Source: Eledone cirrhosa (Eukaryota). Taken from it: a stretch of 64,000 bases of DNA. Shown here piece after piece: positions 1 to 13,645 of this stretch (within the stretch, counting starts at the first letter, position 1; every line of letters begins with the position of its first letter). The stretch is taken from assembly GCA_964016885.1 (NCBI GenBank), contig OZ024747.1, positions 90,334,001 through 90,398,000 of the forward strand, in the 5' to 3' direction. The notes under the pieces are model-generated. The model was not told the origin of the DNA, did no database searches, and worked only from the letters and a program-made list of their open reading frames with translations. Both the position numbers and the translations under genes were made by a program.

Positions 1-172
1 AGATTGACTTTGTTAGTTTCAGAAGATCCCGTTAAGGGTGAAAGCAGCGATTCTTTGCTTAAACTTTAATCTGTTATTTTAATAAATATTTGCTCTACGG
101 TTCTTATATATTTGATATATATTTATCCTTATCGAGCCCTCTTTGGATTTTAGTCTTCAAATTTATTATTAT

Positions 173-199
<27 letters not shown>

Positions 200-209
<10 letters not shown>

Positions 210-619
210 AAGACAAACATAGAATATTCGAAAATATTCTGTATGTTTATAATAAACATTTTGAAGACCCAATCGCTATAGAATAGAATACGTCATGTAT
301 TACAATTTCAGATTCTCGACAAAAGTAAGGGAAGTAATCTACGCATTTCATTCTTGTTAGAAATCATCAGGATTACATATCCAATACTTTTATCGAGAAC
401 GACACAGCTAGAGACTTATAGAATACTTAGCTGTGTACAGGAACTGGTTTGATAGAGCGGTAGCCGGTCCGGCAGAAATTAGAATTTGGATTTAATGCTC
501 TGAAATAGTGATATATATGTGAAGACAAACATAGAATATTCGAAAATATTCTGTATGTTTATAATAAACATTTTGAAGACCCAATCGCTATAGAATAGAA
601 TACGTCATGTATTACAATT

Positions 620-620
<1 letters not shown>
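200..620. repeat. ~110-bp direct repeat pair between (TA)n tracts
   Basis: GTGAAGACAAACATAGAATATTCG...GTATTACAATTT at ~200-308 and ~512-620, apparently identical. Confidence 0.85.
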
Positions 621-677
<57 letters not shown>

Positions 678-1059
678 TTGAAAATATCAGAGGCCAAATG
701 CAGTTGTTTTAAGTTTATTTATATTTCCAAGATATATATTTTACTGATCTCATCAGATGGTAGTATAAAACCCTTTAAAAACTTTCCTTGAAAGTTTTTT
801 CATTTCATGATACAGGGGATGGCAGAATGAGTTGATGTTGTTTCCATGCCAACCAGCCCCAGTATCTACATAGATACAGGTTACTGACAAGAATTGTAGC
901 TGGAGCTATCACCTGTGTTGGCAATAAAAGTTTTCTCTCTGCGAAAGAGAGGCTGGCTATATGTTACCTATGTGTGATGCTTGGTGTTGCATGACAGTGA
1001 GACATGGGCAGGGAATGGAGAGGATATACAAAGGCTGGAGAGGAATGAAGTGAACATGC

Positions 1060-1370
1060 TTCATGAAGTGAACGAATGTGTAATGCTAATATGTGTGAAC
1101 AACAAAACGTGGATGAGCTGAGAGCAAAGCTGGTTATAAGAAATATAGTGTGCAGGGGAAAAAAACTGCTCTGGTATGGACATGTGATGTATATGGATGA
1201 TGATCATTGAGTGAAGGTGCCAAAATATTTCAGTGCAGCAGGGGGAGACCAAAGAAATTGTGGTAGAAGTTGTGAAAGCTGATCTCAAGTCACTGAATTT
1301 TGCAGATGAGATGACAAAAACTGCAGCAAGTGGAGGGATGCTGTGCTGTACAATTCCTATCCAACACATA
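1060..1370 (+). mobile_element. Degraded RTE-type LINE 3' fragment
   Basis: Translatable remnants LLWYGHVM and GRPKKLW..VVKADL. Confidence 0.6.
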
Positions 1371-1556
1371 TAAGGATGGAGATTCTGCTGTTAAATAATG
1401 ATATATGTCTCTATAGTTGTACGGTGTCTCTAAACTCAGAAACCCAACAACAGCCACATTGTCTCTGCCTCTGTGGGTAACAAGGACTTCCAACAGCTGA
1501 GAAGTTCAAACCCTCACTGTGGTGGACAAGTGTACTTGTCTCAATAAAAAATAAAA

Positions 1557-1590
<34 letters not shown>

Positions 1591-1594
<4 letters not shown>

Positions 1595-1998
1595 CGATAT
1601 TAACAAATGGAAACTATATTTATAAAACCATATTTATTTCATTATACATATTTCAAGGACACCAACTTAAATTATGGTGTGCTTTCATCAAAAAATGCAA
1701 CCATTACTGTTGGAAGCTCCCGGATAACTATCCGGGAGCTTCCAACAGTAATGGTTGCATTTTTTAAGAGTATGTCAATATTTATTTATAAAACTGATCT
1801 ATATTATATTTTATCTGATGAAAGCACACCATAATTTAACTTGGTGTCCTTGAAATATGTATAATGAAATAAATATGGTTTTATAAATATAGTTTCCATT
1901 TGTTAATATTGTATTTTTACTCCAAATATTTGTTGAGTGCTTTATATCAGTTATAAAAATATTTGCTTGTTGTATCCCAACAATTTAAATAGAACTTT

Positions 1999-2000
<2 letters not shown>
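1591..2000 (+). mobile_element. Fold-back PLE pseudo-LTR remnant in (TA)n
   Basis: ~100-bp inverted arms (1591-1690 / 1816-1916) enclose a perfect 37-bp palindrome (1690-1765). Contains a hammerhead and shares ACTCCA..TTTGTTGAGTGCT with the 18990-21521 element. Confidence 0.7.
1807..1871 (+). ncRNA. Minimal type-I hammerhead ribozyme motif
   Basis: TATTTTAT-CTGATGA-[AAGcACACCA..TGGTGTcCTT stem II]-GAAA-TATGTA-TA-ATGAAATA. Stem I pairs and stem III is short and self-complementary. Confidence 0.75.
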
Positions 2001-2033
<33 letters not shown>

Positions 2034-2081
2034 TCATCATTATCGTCATTGTTTAACATCCACTTTCCACGCTAGCATATA

Positions 2082-2932
2082 TATGTGAGTGTGTGTATGT
2101 GTGTTTGTGTGCATGTGTGCGTGTGTATGTACATATCTTATATGTATTTATTCAGGAAAATCCCCCCCGAAAAAAAATATATATCAACATCATTGTCGTT
2201 TAACGTCCACTTTCCATGCTAGCAGATATATGGGTTTATATATGTGTGAGAGTGTGTATGTGTACATGTGTGTGGGTGTAAGTGTGTCTGTGTGTGTGAG
2301 TGTATGTGTACATGTGTGTGTGTGTGTGAGTGTATCTGTGTGTGTGAATGTGTATGTGTGTATGTGTGTATGCGTGTGTATGTGTGAGTGTATCTGTGTG
2401 TGTGAGTGTGTGTAGAGTGTGTATGTGTACATGCGTGTGTGTGAGAGTGTGTATGTGTACATGTGTGTGTGAGTGTGTCCGTGTGTGTGAGTGTGTGTGC
2501 ATGTGTGTATATGTGTGTGTGTGTGTGTATGTACATATGTTTATATGTATTTATTCAAGAAAGTCAGTGAAATACAACATAAAAATATAGGAATAAAAAC
2601 ATGAGTAAATTAAGATAAAATAAATAACAGTTAATACTTTTACACTTTTACCTTATAGTTCCTAATATTTCGAGTTTAAAATCTACTTTTCAAACGAAAA
2701 ACAAAATGAAGCGCAATAGTTGTGATGGTGGTGATGGTGGTGGGGACGTATATACTTTTGTTATGTTTTATCTTAATTTACTCCTATTTTCACTCCATTA
2801 TTATCAATTTACATAGCACTGGGTTTTTTTAAACAATTTTAACAATTTATATGAGAGTGAGAGGGGGAAGAGGGAGAGGTAAATAGAAAGAATGAACCTG
2901 TTTGTGTGTTTGTATGTTTGCATTTATATATG

Positions 2933-2966
<34 letters not shown>

Positions 2967-3045
2967 TAAGTTATTCCGGATATATATATATATATACATT
3001 TATAAATACATAAATATATATGTATATATATATATATATATATAT

Positions 3046-3084
<39 letters not shown>

Positions 3085-3125
3085 CATTTATAAATACATA
3101 AATATATATGTATATATATATATTT

Positions 3126-3171
<46 letters not shown>

Positions 3172-3195
3172 AAATGTGAGATCCTTGGTACAGTT

Positions 3196-3248
<53 letters not shown>

Positions 3249-3929
3249 TATATGTATGCGTGTGTGTGTATGTGTGTGTGTGTGTCTTTGGCTATATGTA
3301 TTTATATATATATGTTATATATATGTAAGTGTATGTGAGTGACAGTAGAAACTGAGCAAAACACACTTAGATCTGACAAGAAAGTATCATATAGACAGAC
3401 ATAAACATACACACACACAAACACATACACATATACACATTTACACATTTACACACAAAGCATTAAACCAACACTTGTATGCAAAAGAAATTATACATCA
3501 TAAAGGTTCACACACTGATAAAAAGTTTTAAAAGAATTCAATAAGGTAACATACACATCTCTTAACGTAAAATTAAACTATAAAACAATTGTTAGCTAAA
3601 TAAGTAAAACCTTTCTACAATTATACAATTTCTGTTCAAACTATAAATTGTGATAAATTTTGGAGAAATATTTGATGTATGATTAAAATATTAAATATTT
3701 GATGTAATTTTCTTCACATACTTAAACAAAGTTACATATGAAAGTAGGGTGTTCATTTTTCCTGCTGATAAATGGCTTTTATGTTTATGAGGAATTTCTA
3801 TATAAACAAAGTAATCAAAATAAGTATTCTATATTAGTTATGAATGGAAATAGAGAATGTATTGTTTGGTTTTTGTTGTTTTTTCTTTTAGTTTTTTGTG
3901 TTTTTTTTTATGTAAGTGTAAGTAAGGAA

Positions 3930-3984
<55 letters not shown>

Positions 3985-4131
3985 ATGTATATATGTCTGT
4001 GTATATATATGTATATATATATGTGTGTGTATATATATATGTATATATATACATATGTATATCTATATATATAAGTATATATATATATATATATGTGTGT
4101 ATATATATATATACATTTATATATATGTGTG

Positions 4132-4180
<49 letters not shown>

Positions 4181-4590
4181 GTATATATACAAGTATACAT
4201 ATGTATATATATATATACACACACACACATATATATATGTGTGTGTATATATATATATATATATGTATATGCATGTGTTTGATTGGCAAAATAGATGTTA
4301 TTAAAAAAATAACTAAACTAAATAAAATTTACTAATATAAATATGAAGAAATAAAATATAAAATAAATTAACACATGCATAAAACACACAAAAACATTGA
4401 TTAATTAATTAAGTGAAGTATATGTTTATTAAATAGTCAGATATTTTACATATAGTAAGAAAAAATAGACTTAATGATGTTTTTATATATATATATATAC
4501 ACACACACACATATATATATATACACACACATATATATATATGTATATACATATGTATATATATATATGTGTGTGTGTGTGTGTGCGTGT
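2082..4590. repeat. Cluster of (TG)n/(TA)n/(CA)n microsatellites
   Basis: Tracts at ~2082-2535, 2925-3330, 3930-4275 and 4484-4590. Confidence 0.9.
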
Positions 4591-4850
4591 ATTTGCCAAT
4601 AGTTGTAAACAGATTGAATGAAATCAATAACAAACTATATATGTACATTAATTATATATATAGACATATATTCTTTTATTCTTTTACTGGTTTCAGTAAT
4701 TGAACTCTGACCAAGCTGGAGCATTACCATCAGGGGTTTAAATCAATCATATTAAACCTAGTCTGGTATTTATTTTTTCAATCTCTATTTATGAAATTGC
4801 TAAGTTATCCCATTATGTAATCTCAATAATTTTAGTAAAATACTAATATT

Positions 4851-4902
<52 letters not shown>

Positions 4903-4959
4903 AAAAGACTCAGGACCCCGAGGGCTGAGCTCCGGCCATTTCGACAGCTAGATCCGAAC

Positions 4960-4990
<31 letters not shown>

Positions 4991-5044
4991 CAGAATGACC
5001 TGCTCTATCCAGTGATGAACCAACAAACCTAAATAAATATATAT

Positions 5045-5424
<380 letters not shown>

Positions 5425-5430
5425 TATATG

Positions 5431-5461
<31 letters not shown>

Positions 5462-5524
5462 TACAGCCAGTAGGCACCTCTAACAAAATACACCCCCCCC
5501 ACCCCATCCACACCACCCCGTTCT

Positions 5525-5825
5525 ATGTAAAGTTATGTTGGTGCTGCGCCATCCAGGCCGAAACAAATGAGATCGTGTAGGTGTCACGACAAAAAAACAC
5601 ACAGTCCACGCTGTAATGTGGCCGTGTAGGCAACACGGTAAAAACCTCCCAGACCCACACTGTAAATGTGGTTGGTGTTAGGAAGGGCATCCAACTGTAG
5701 AAAACCTGCCAGACAGTCCTATGCGAGCAAGACAATCACTCTTGCCTCAAGTGGGAATACCCCCGTCCAAACCCATGCAAGCGTGGAACACGGACGTTAA
5801 ACGTTGATGATGATGATGATGATGA

Positions 5826-5829
<4 letters not shown>
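5525..5829 (+). mobile_element. SINE/LINE-tail repeat with (GAT)n tail
   Basis: Shares GGTTGGTGTTAGGAAGGGCATCCAACTGTAGAAA and the GGACGTTAAA..(GAT)n end with 5045-5312. Confidence 0.65.
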
Positions 5830-5873
<44 letters not shown>

Positions 5874-6653
5874 GGGGTACATATGAAGGCTTATACATTT
5901 TGGTTATGTATAATAAATATGCATGTCTTGCTATGCATATTTTAAGCTGTGATCATGTCACAGTCATCTTAGTAGTCATATGAGAATATTTCACATGTGT
6001 TTCTAGACTATTATGCCATATTGGTGACATTTATTCACTTGGTACTGAGACAAGAATAAGCTTATATCTTATATGTTCATACAGCTACTGGGATAGCTGT
6101 GATGTGATCACAGCTTAAAGGCAAACCTCATAACACAGTATTTTATGCTGAATCTCCCTGAAAAGAGTATTCTATATGAGTTGCAAACTAATTTTAAAAG
6201 CTGGCTATTCCACTGACTGAACAATTGGAACACACATCGTTGAAACAGACAGAGGTTCATTCATTTCTATACTATCATCATCATCATTGACAAAAATAAT
6301 CTGGACTCATTCAATTTGCTTTGTTGCTATTATGTGGTACTTCTTATCAGGTCGCTACACCACACCCATCCAGTGTTGCACATGAGATTTGCCTGGGAAG
6401 TTAAGGTTTCAAGGATGTTAAGTGCACATGAAACTGCAACATTGGGGCAAACTAGAAGCTGCTCCATAGTTTTTAATTACCTGCATTGACAGTAGGAATC
6501 ATCATCGGTGGCATATCCCCATTTCTGAAGGTTGGTTTTACAGTAACCAACAGCTGTTCGGAGGCAATTCAGCAGGTCTAAGAAGTAGACTGCTAGTATC
6601 TATAATAAATGGCAACCCAAGCAACCCTGGACTTGACTTATATTTTGAAAACT

Positions 6654-7173
6654 TACTATAATGACTTGCTGTATATAAGCTGATCCAAATATAAACCTAC
6701 CCCCTATTTTATGTTTGAAAAATAGGCAAACATCCAAACTCCCTTTATAAGCCGAGGTAGCTAATCAACACATTAATGTTCAGATGGTGGGGTTTTGAAA
6801 TTCTCATGAGTGGAAAACATATTTATGAAGTTTTAATGTTTTGATATTTAAAATGTTCTAAATGTTGTTTAGTGCAAAGCTTTGGATTCACATCTCCATT
6901 ATGTAATGATTTTTTAAACAATTTCTGACCCTTGAAGGCCATATTCATTCAAAACATATAAAAATCATTAGGAAATATGAATTTTGCATTGAAAGTGAAA
7001 CTGGTGCAATATTCACCTTCAAAGCAAACATTTTTTAGCACCACGTTTACATAGAATTTTGAAGTTGGTTAAAATCGGCAACATATTGACCTCGAATATA
7101 AGCCTTCCCCCTTTTTACCATTGATTGTTTTTTTTGTCACATACTTCTTGGCTTATATACAAGTATGTATAGT
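6654..7173. mobile_element. Degraded Tc1/mariner pogo-type non-autonomous element
   Basis: Left ..GTATATAAGCTGA, internal TATAAGCCGA/GAATATAAGCC motifs and right TTGGCTTATATACAAGTATGTATAGTA. Confidence 0.55.
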
Positions 7174-7387
7174 AACTATTCTTATGAAATAAGTAAGACA
7201 TTACTAGTCTGATGTTCCCAAAATGTCTACATGAATAGAAAATACTGTTGTGAGGCTTCTTTGAACATTTCTACTGATGGCTGACAGATGACAATTCCCA
7301 AACAAATACTGTCTTAATATGACATTTTTCACACTTAACAGTCTATGGAATACACTAACTTCAGATAGGCAGAAATAATTGCAAAAC

Positions 7388-7452
7388 CATATATATATAC
7401 AAATAAATGCATACATGCATACACATGTGCACACATGCACACAGACACAAAC

Positions 7453-7497
<45 letters not shown>

Positions 7498-7976
7498 TAC
7501 AAATGTATATATATATATATACACACAAATGCATATATATATATACACATACATTCATAAATATATATATATATATATACACATATATACATATACACAT
7601 ATATATACACACATACATACATAGGTACACACATATATATATATATATGTATGTATGTATTTATGTATGAATATTCGCATGTATGCATGTAGATATGTGC
7701 ATGTATGTGTGTGTCTGTGTATGTGTGCATGTGTGTGTGAATGTGTGTATATGTCTGTGTTTGGGTCTGTATGTAAGTCCACACAGACTTTGCAAAAAGT
7801 TAAAAATGAAATTAATGAATATCATTTAGTCAAATAAAAATTATGTATAATAAAAGTCTGCTGTCATTCATAATATACTTGAATAAATACGACACATTAC
7901 CATTTTTAGCGTGATATAAATACATACATATATAATATATATATATATATTTATTAGTCTTCAAATTTATTATTAT

Positions 7977-8055
<79 letters not shown>

Positions 8056-8160
8056 TATATACATATATATATACATATATATATACATATATATATACAT
8101 ATATATATACATATATATACATATATAAAGATACATATATATATATACATTATATATATA

Positions 8161-8234
<74 letters not shown>

Positions 8235-8397
8235 TATATATAATGTATATATATATATATATATATGTATCTTTTTATATACATGAATATATATATGTGT
8301 ATATATATGTATATATTTATATGTGTATATACATGTATATATGTATATATATATATTTATATATACATGTATATATGTATATATACATATATATATG

Positions 8398-8445
<48 letters not shown>

Positions 8446-8545
8446 AATATATATACATATATATATAAATATATGTATATATATATAAATATATATAAAT
8501 GATATATAAACAGAGAGAAAGAGAGAGAAGAGAGAGAGAGAAAGA
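7388..8545. repeat. Cluster of (TA)n/(CA)n/(GA)n microsatellites
   Basis: Direct reading. Confidence 0.9.
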
Positions 8546-8759
8546 AAGAGTAATCCAATGACAAAGTGTATATATTAAACCATAAAAAATACCTTTTAAT
8601 CATAGCTGTTTGGAAGTCTGTCTAACTTTCAAAGAACAGCTGTTATATATAACAGCAGACTTTTACTCCTTGTAAAGAAATTATGTTTACTTCTTTTGAA
8701 AGCAATCACCTGAGATCAATTCCTGTCTCCATGATATAAAAATAGCTGTTTTAAAGTGT

Positions 8760-10200
8760 TCATATTTCAATATAAAACATTCCATCATAATTTTAGGTGT
8801 CATTAAAGCATTGTATTTAATGCCTTGGTATTTGTTCTGGCACTTCGTCTGTGTGTTTTGGAAGGCTCAATATGAATAGAACATACTCTCTTGAAGACCA
8901 TCATCTTATAGAAATGTTCATTTCTATTCTACCATTCATTTTTATGATTGAGATAACCCCAAAAGGTTAGTTCCTTGGGATTAAACTCCATTGTGAATTG
9001 AATGTTGCTGTTTAGGTTATTAATCATATTCTTGTATTTTATGTAGGGATCTAAGTTTTCCTGCTATGAGGATAAATCAATCGTCCCGGGTACATTTTCC
9101 AGTTGTTTTTTTAGTTGTGTCTCCCAATAGTAGTAGTGATTGGCTGTAAATCGTTTGTTCAGGGAATCTCATGACTAAATTGATGTATGTGGAGGAATTG
9201 ATGTATGTGGAGGCTACTTTTGTGCCCATTGGTATGCAGATCCTTTGAAAATAATGTAATTATTTTGTAATATGTATCAGAGTCAATCAATATTGATGAT
9301 GTTTTGATGTGTATCAGTAATTTAAATTGGTATGTGTCTAGCCAATATTCATAGGAAATGTTTGTGTATAAGTTAGCAACGTCGAAGGAAACAAAAATTG
9401 TGTGTTCACTTACTGTTTTTTAGAAGATGATTCAACATGTCAAGGTCATATGTAGCTCTGTACATGTTTTAGGAAGGGCTTTAGCAGAATGTCCAAGAGG
9501 TTATTTAGTCTGTGGTCTAAGTATTAAATTGTCTAGAGGTGGTAACTGGATGTATTTGGTTGTCGAGGTTTTACAAGCATCATTTATCAGTTTGCATGTG
9601 TGTATTTTCAGTAGGCAAAAAATATGCTTGCTTTGCATTTGAAGTTGCTTATGTTGTCGGTTTCCCACGTGGTTAGGCCTTTGCAATACTTATTTAGTAA
9701 AGAGAGTAGATTTTTTAAAATGATTTTTGATTGTTTATGGTTGATTGTTTTTTTTATACTAATTGGTGTCTTCTAACATTTTAAGTGTAAAGATCTTTAT
9801 TTATGATGAGTACAGTGCAACCTCTATCGGCTTCTTTAATATTGATTTCAGTGTTTTCTTGTAAATCAATGAGATTCTTCCATTCACATTTTGAGAAATT
9901 CGATTTGATGTTTCTATTTTCAATATTTTCAAAGAAAAAATTCATGTGTTCACAGTTGGAATCTAATGCTTATTCCTTCTTTTCTTTGGACAGAAATCAC
10001 TTCTATTTCTAACTAGTGATTTGTCTTCATTGTCATTATTAACAGAGAAGTATTTGACTAGCCTAAGTTTTCAGCAGAATTCCGTGATGTTTTTCATTTT
10101 AGGAAATTTGATTTTTGTGGAGTGGGTGTAAATTTTAATCCCTTACTTTGGGTGTTTGTTAATATCTTGTTTGAATTTTTTTATCTTCCAAATCTTTCAA
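8760..10200 (-). pseudogene. Highly degraded Penelope-like RT
   Basis: The minus strand reads VSFDVANLYTNI (~9360-9395), PMGTKVA (~9212-9232) and LILRP (~9510). Many stops and frameshifts. Confidence 0.7.
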
Positions 10201-10356
10201 TAGAACTTTGACAAATGTAACCCTCTCCCTCCCCAAAGGAACCCTTTCAAACATCTTTATATCTGTATTTCTATTTTTATTCCTTATTCTTTTATCCTGT
10301 TTTTATCTACAAACTCTAAAATAGTCTTGAACTTTTGACATTACGGAACCCTACCT

Positions 10357-10657
10357 ATACACAAACATACATACACACACTCACACATACACACACATAT
10401 ACAGACATACGCACACACATATGCACACACACTCACACACGCACTTACACTCACACACACACTCACATACATACACACACTCACACGCACACACACTTAC
10501 ATTCACACACACTCACATACACATACATACACACTCACACTCACACATACTTTCACATACATACACACACTTACACTCACACACACTTACACATACACAT
10601 ACATACACACACTCACACACACGTTCACACATACTCACACACACACATACATACACA
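10357..10657. repeat. (CA)n-rich microsatellite
   Basis: Direct reading. Confidence 0.9.
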
Positions 10658-10762
10658 AACCACAGAACATCAAAATGACATCTGGATCTTTATTATGAAT
10701 AGAAAAAGAGTTTCTATCAGAATCAATAGAACCTTTACTGAATTAATTGAATCCTGACCTGC

Positions 10763-11375
10763 TTAACCCTACTTCCACCTTCACCACCCCACCTACATGA
10801 AAATATTTATAAGAAAATACCCACATGTTCAACCCTACTTCCACCTTCACCACCCCACCTACATGAAAATATTTATAAGAAAATACCCACATGTTTAACC
10901 CTACTTCCACATTCACCACCCCACCTACATGAAAATATTTATAAGAAAATACCCACATGTTTAACCCTACTTCCACATTCACCACCCCACCTACATGAAA
11001 ATATTTATAAGAAAATACCCACATGTTTAACCCTACTTCCACCTTCACCACCCCACCTACATGAAAATATTTATCAGAAAATACCCACATGTTTAACCCT
11101 ACTTCCACATTCACCACCACACCTACATGAAAATATTTATCAGAAAATACCCACATGTTTAACCCTACTTCCACCTTCACCACCCCACCTACATGAAAAT
11201 ATTTATAAGAAAATACCCACATGTTTAACCCTACTTCCACATTCACCACCCCACCTACATGAAAATATTTATCAGAAAATACCCACATGTTTAACTCTAC
11301 TACCACATTCACCATCTCACCTACATGAAACTATATATAACATGAAACTTTGAGAGAAAATGCTTACATGTTTAA
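10763..11375. repeat. 66-bp minisatellite (~9 units, plus one more at 11809-11890)
   Basis: AACCCTACTTCCAC recurs every 66 bp (10765, 10831, ...). Confidence 0.95.
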
Positions 11376-11808
11376 CCTTTTAGCATTTAAAGCAGCCATA
11401 TCCGGCCAAAATTCTCTTACCTCTTCCTGTTCAAACCAGCTGCTCATACTAATGTTAAGTTATTGTTCTCAAAATAAATAACATCAAAATCTCTTTATTC
11501 AATATTATGTGAGATAATAATGTAAGATAAAGTCTTTACCACAAAAATACAATAGTATATATAGAATAATTGTTTCTATTTTTGGCACAAGGCCAGCAAT
11601 TATCCCAGTGCATTACTGGTACTTTATTTTATCGACCCCGTAAGGATGAAAAGCAAAGTTAACCTCGGCGTGATTTGAACTCAGACCGTAAAGGGCATAA
11701 CTCTATGATGCAAAGCATGGTGTCCAACCCTCTACTGATACTGGAAATCCATTGCCCTTGTATATATGTAGGATATTGTATATATAGAATAATGTAAATG
11801 CTAATGCG
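11376..11808. mobile_element. TTAA-specific MITE carrying a SINE, inserted in 66-bp minisatellite
   Basis: TTAA on both sides. The minisatellite unit resumes at 11809. Confidence 0.8.
11571..11757 (-). mobile_element. tRNA-derived SINE copy inside TTAA MITE
   Basis: Reverse complement of the 25691 family. 16-bp duplication GTATATATAGAATAAT at 11555-11570 and 11778-11793. Confidence 0.85.
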
Positions 11809-12125
11809 TTAACCCTATTTCCACCTTTACCACACCACCTACATGAAAATATATAATGAAACTTTGAGAGAAAATACCCAAATATTTAACAGCTTACAAA
11901 CTATAAAAACAAATTTTTTAATGTAGATTAATCATCATTTGATAAGGTTGACATAACCAATTAAAACTGGGAATATATGATAAAATTTAAATTCATTTAT
12001 TGTAAAAGATATCAAAATATTTATTCTGTGAGATTAAGGAAAAAAGAATCTTCAACTATACTTCTGTGCTTTTCCATTGTTACTTTTCACCCATCATTTT
12101 CAATTTGTATAGAACTTTTAAACAT

Positions 12126-12319
<194 letters not shown>

Positions 12320-12484
12320 ATATATATATATCAGCCGTACTAAGAGTATGAAATGAAATTTCATTTTTTCCATTTATATATATATATATATATATAATGA
12401 AGGAAATGTGATAAGGAACCAGGTGGACCATAACGCACCAAAGTACTCAATACTTGAGGTAGTAGAGTGGGTAATATATATATA

Positions 12485-13145
12485 TATAAATGGAAAAAAT
12501 GAAATTTCATTTCTCACTCTTAGTACGGCTGATACTTAAATATAAGTATGTATACGTACATACATACATGTATACAGATGTACAGTAGTATGTATATACA
12601 TACATACATGCACACATATATATATATGTACGTATGGGTTTACCGAACATTTATTATAATTTGGGCTGTTTGTTTACAAACAGCCCAAATTATTAGCCGT
12701 ACAGTGTTTGGCAACCATCGTTGCCATTTTGTTCAACACTGACAAAGGAACGATGAACTAGTTTCAAGCTTATTAGCTGTCATCAGCACCGTATACCTTC
12801 CTGTCAGTTGATTGAATGTTTGAACGTATATACTTTCCTTATTTAGGCTGAGCAGCCTAATTTGCATATCGAGTGAGTTAGTCGGCCGGGCATACTGAAA
12901 ACAATAATGGCAACGATGGTTGCCGAACACTGTATGGCTAATAATTCGGGCTGTTTCTTTACAAACAAACTGAGCATTATAATAAATGTTCAGTAAACCC
13001 ATACATATATATATATGTGTGTGCATGTATGTATATACATACTACTGTACGTCTGTATACATATATGTATGTACGTATACATACTTATATTTAAGTATCA
13101 GCCGTACTAAGAGTGAGAAATGAAATTTCATTTTTTCCATTTATA
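12485..13145 (-). mobile_element. Fold-back cassette with ~245-bp inverted arms and central hammerhead (PLE-derived non-autonomous element)
   Basis: 12485-12728 is the reverse complement of ~12906-13145. An extra partial arm copy lies at 12330-12378. (TA)n flanks. Confidence 0.7.
12750..12792 (-). ncRNA. Minimal type-I hammerhead ribozyme motif
   Basis: Reverse complement: ACGGTG-CTGATGA-cAGCtaataaGCTt-GAAA-CTAG-TT-CATCGT. 6-bp stem I, palindromic CTAG stem III, GUU site. The closing pair of stem II is mismatched. Confidence 0.75.
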
Positions 13146-13255
13146 TGTATATATATATATATATATATGTAAAAGGTAAACAGAAATAACAAAAATAACG
13201 GCACTGTACATGGAAGAAATATATTAGTTTGATGCTTGAAATAGCAGGAAGAGAG

Positions 13256-13291
13256 TCTTAACGTTTTGCACACTAGTCCTTCATTAGAAGA
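13256..13291 (-). ncRNA. Degenerate hammerhead motif (probably inactive)
   Basis: Reverse complement: TCTT-CTAATGA-aggactagtgtgc-AAAA-CG-TT-AAGA. Two G>A changes in the catalytic core and a weak stem II. Confidence 0.4.
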
Positions 13292-13645
13292 TAGAGTTAG
13301 AAATAGAAGATAAACAGGAAGTAACGAGTGATGAGAGGAAGTAACGAGGAAAAAGAGAAAAAAAATTTGAGAGAAAAAACACAGGCATATTCAGTCAGCC
13401 ATCATATATTTATCATGGCCCTGGGACTATAGAATATGTTGCATGCTCATCTAGATAAAAGAGTCCTCTCAAAACCTGTAAAAAAATACTATACATATAT
13501 TTCAAATAATTTTTCAAGTAACCAGAAATGAAGAATTTGAAAGGATTTAGTAAAATAACTAAATTTTTTCTTAAAAACTTGTTTCGAATATAAACTAATA
13601 AAAAATACTTTGATAAAATTATGAAAAAAATGTTTAACTATTTAA

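Noticed and set aside
10-55. CAGAAGA-TCCC..GGGT-GAAA hammerhead-like string
   Set aside because: Core mismatch (CAG instead of CTG) and no stem I or UH site.
710-765. CTGATGA...GAAA on the minus strand
   Set aside because: Stem I partner not found and stem II is poorly closed, so it is not a supportable hammerhead.
5941-6119. ~28-bp imperfect inverted repeat (TTTAAGCTGTGATCA.. / ..TGATCACAGCTTAAA)
   Set aside because: Real but isolated, with no TSD, second copy or ribozyme core to classify it.
10743-11315. 190-aa ORF with a 22-aa repeat
   Set aside because: An artefact of a stop-free 66-bp minisatellite, with no other coding evidence.
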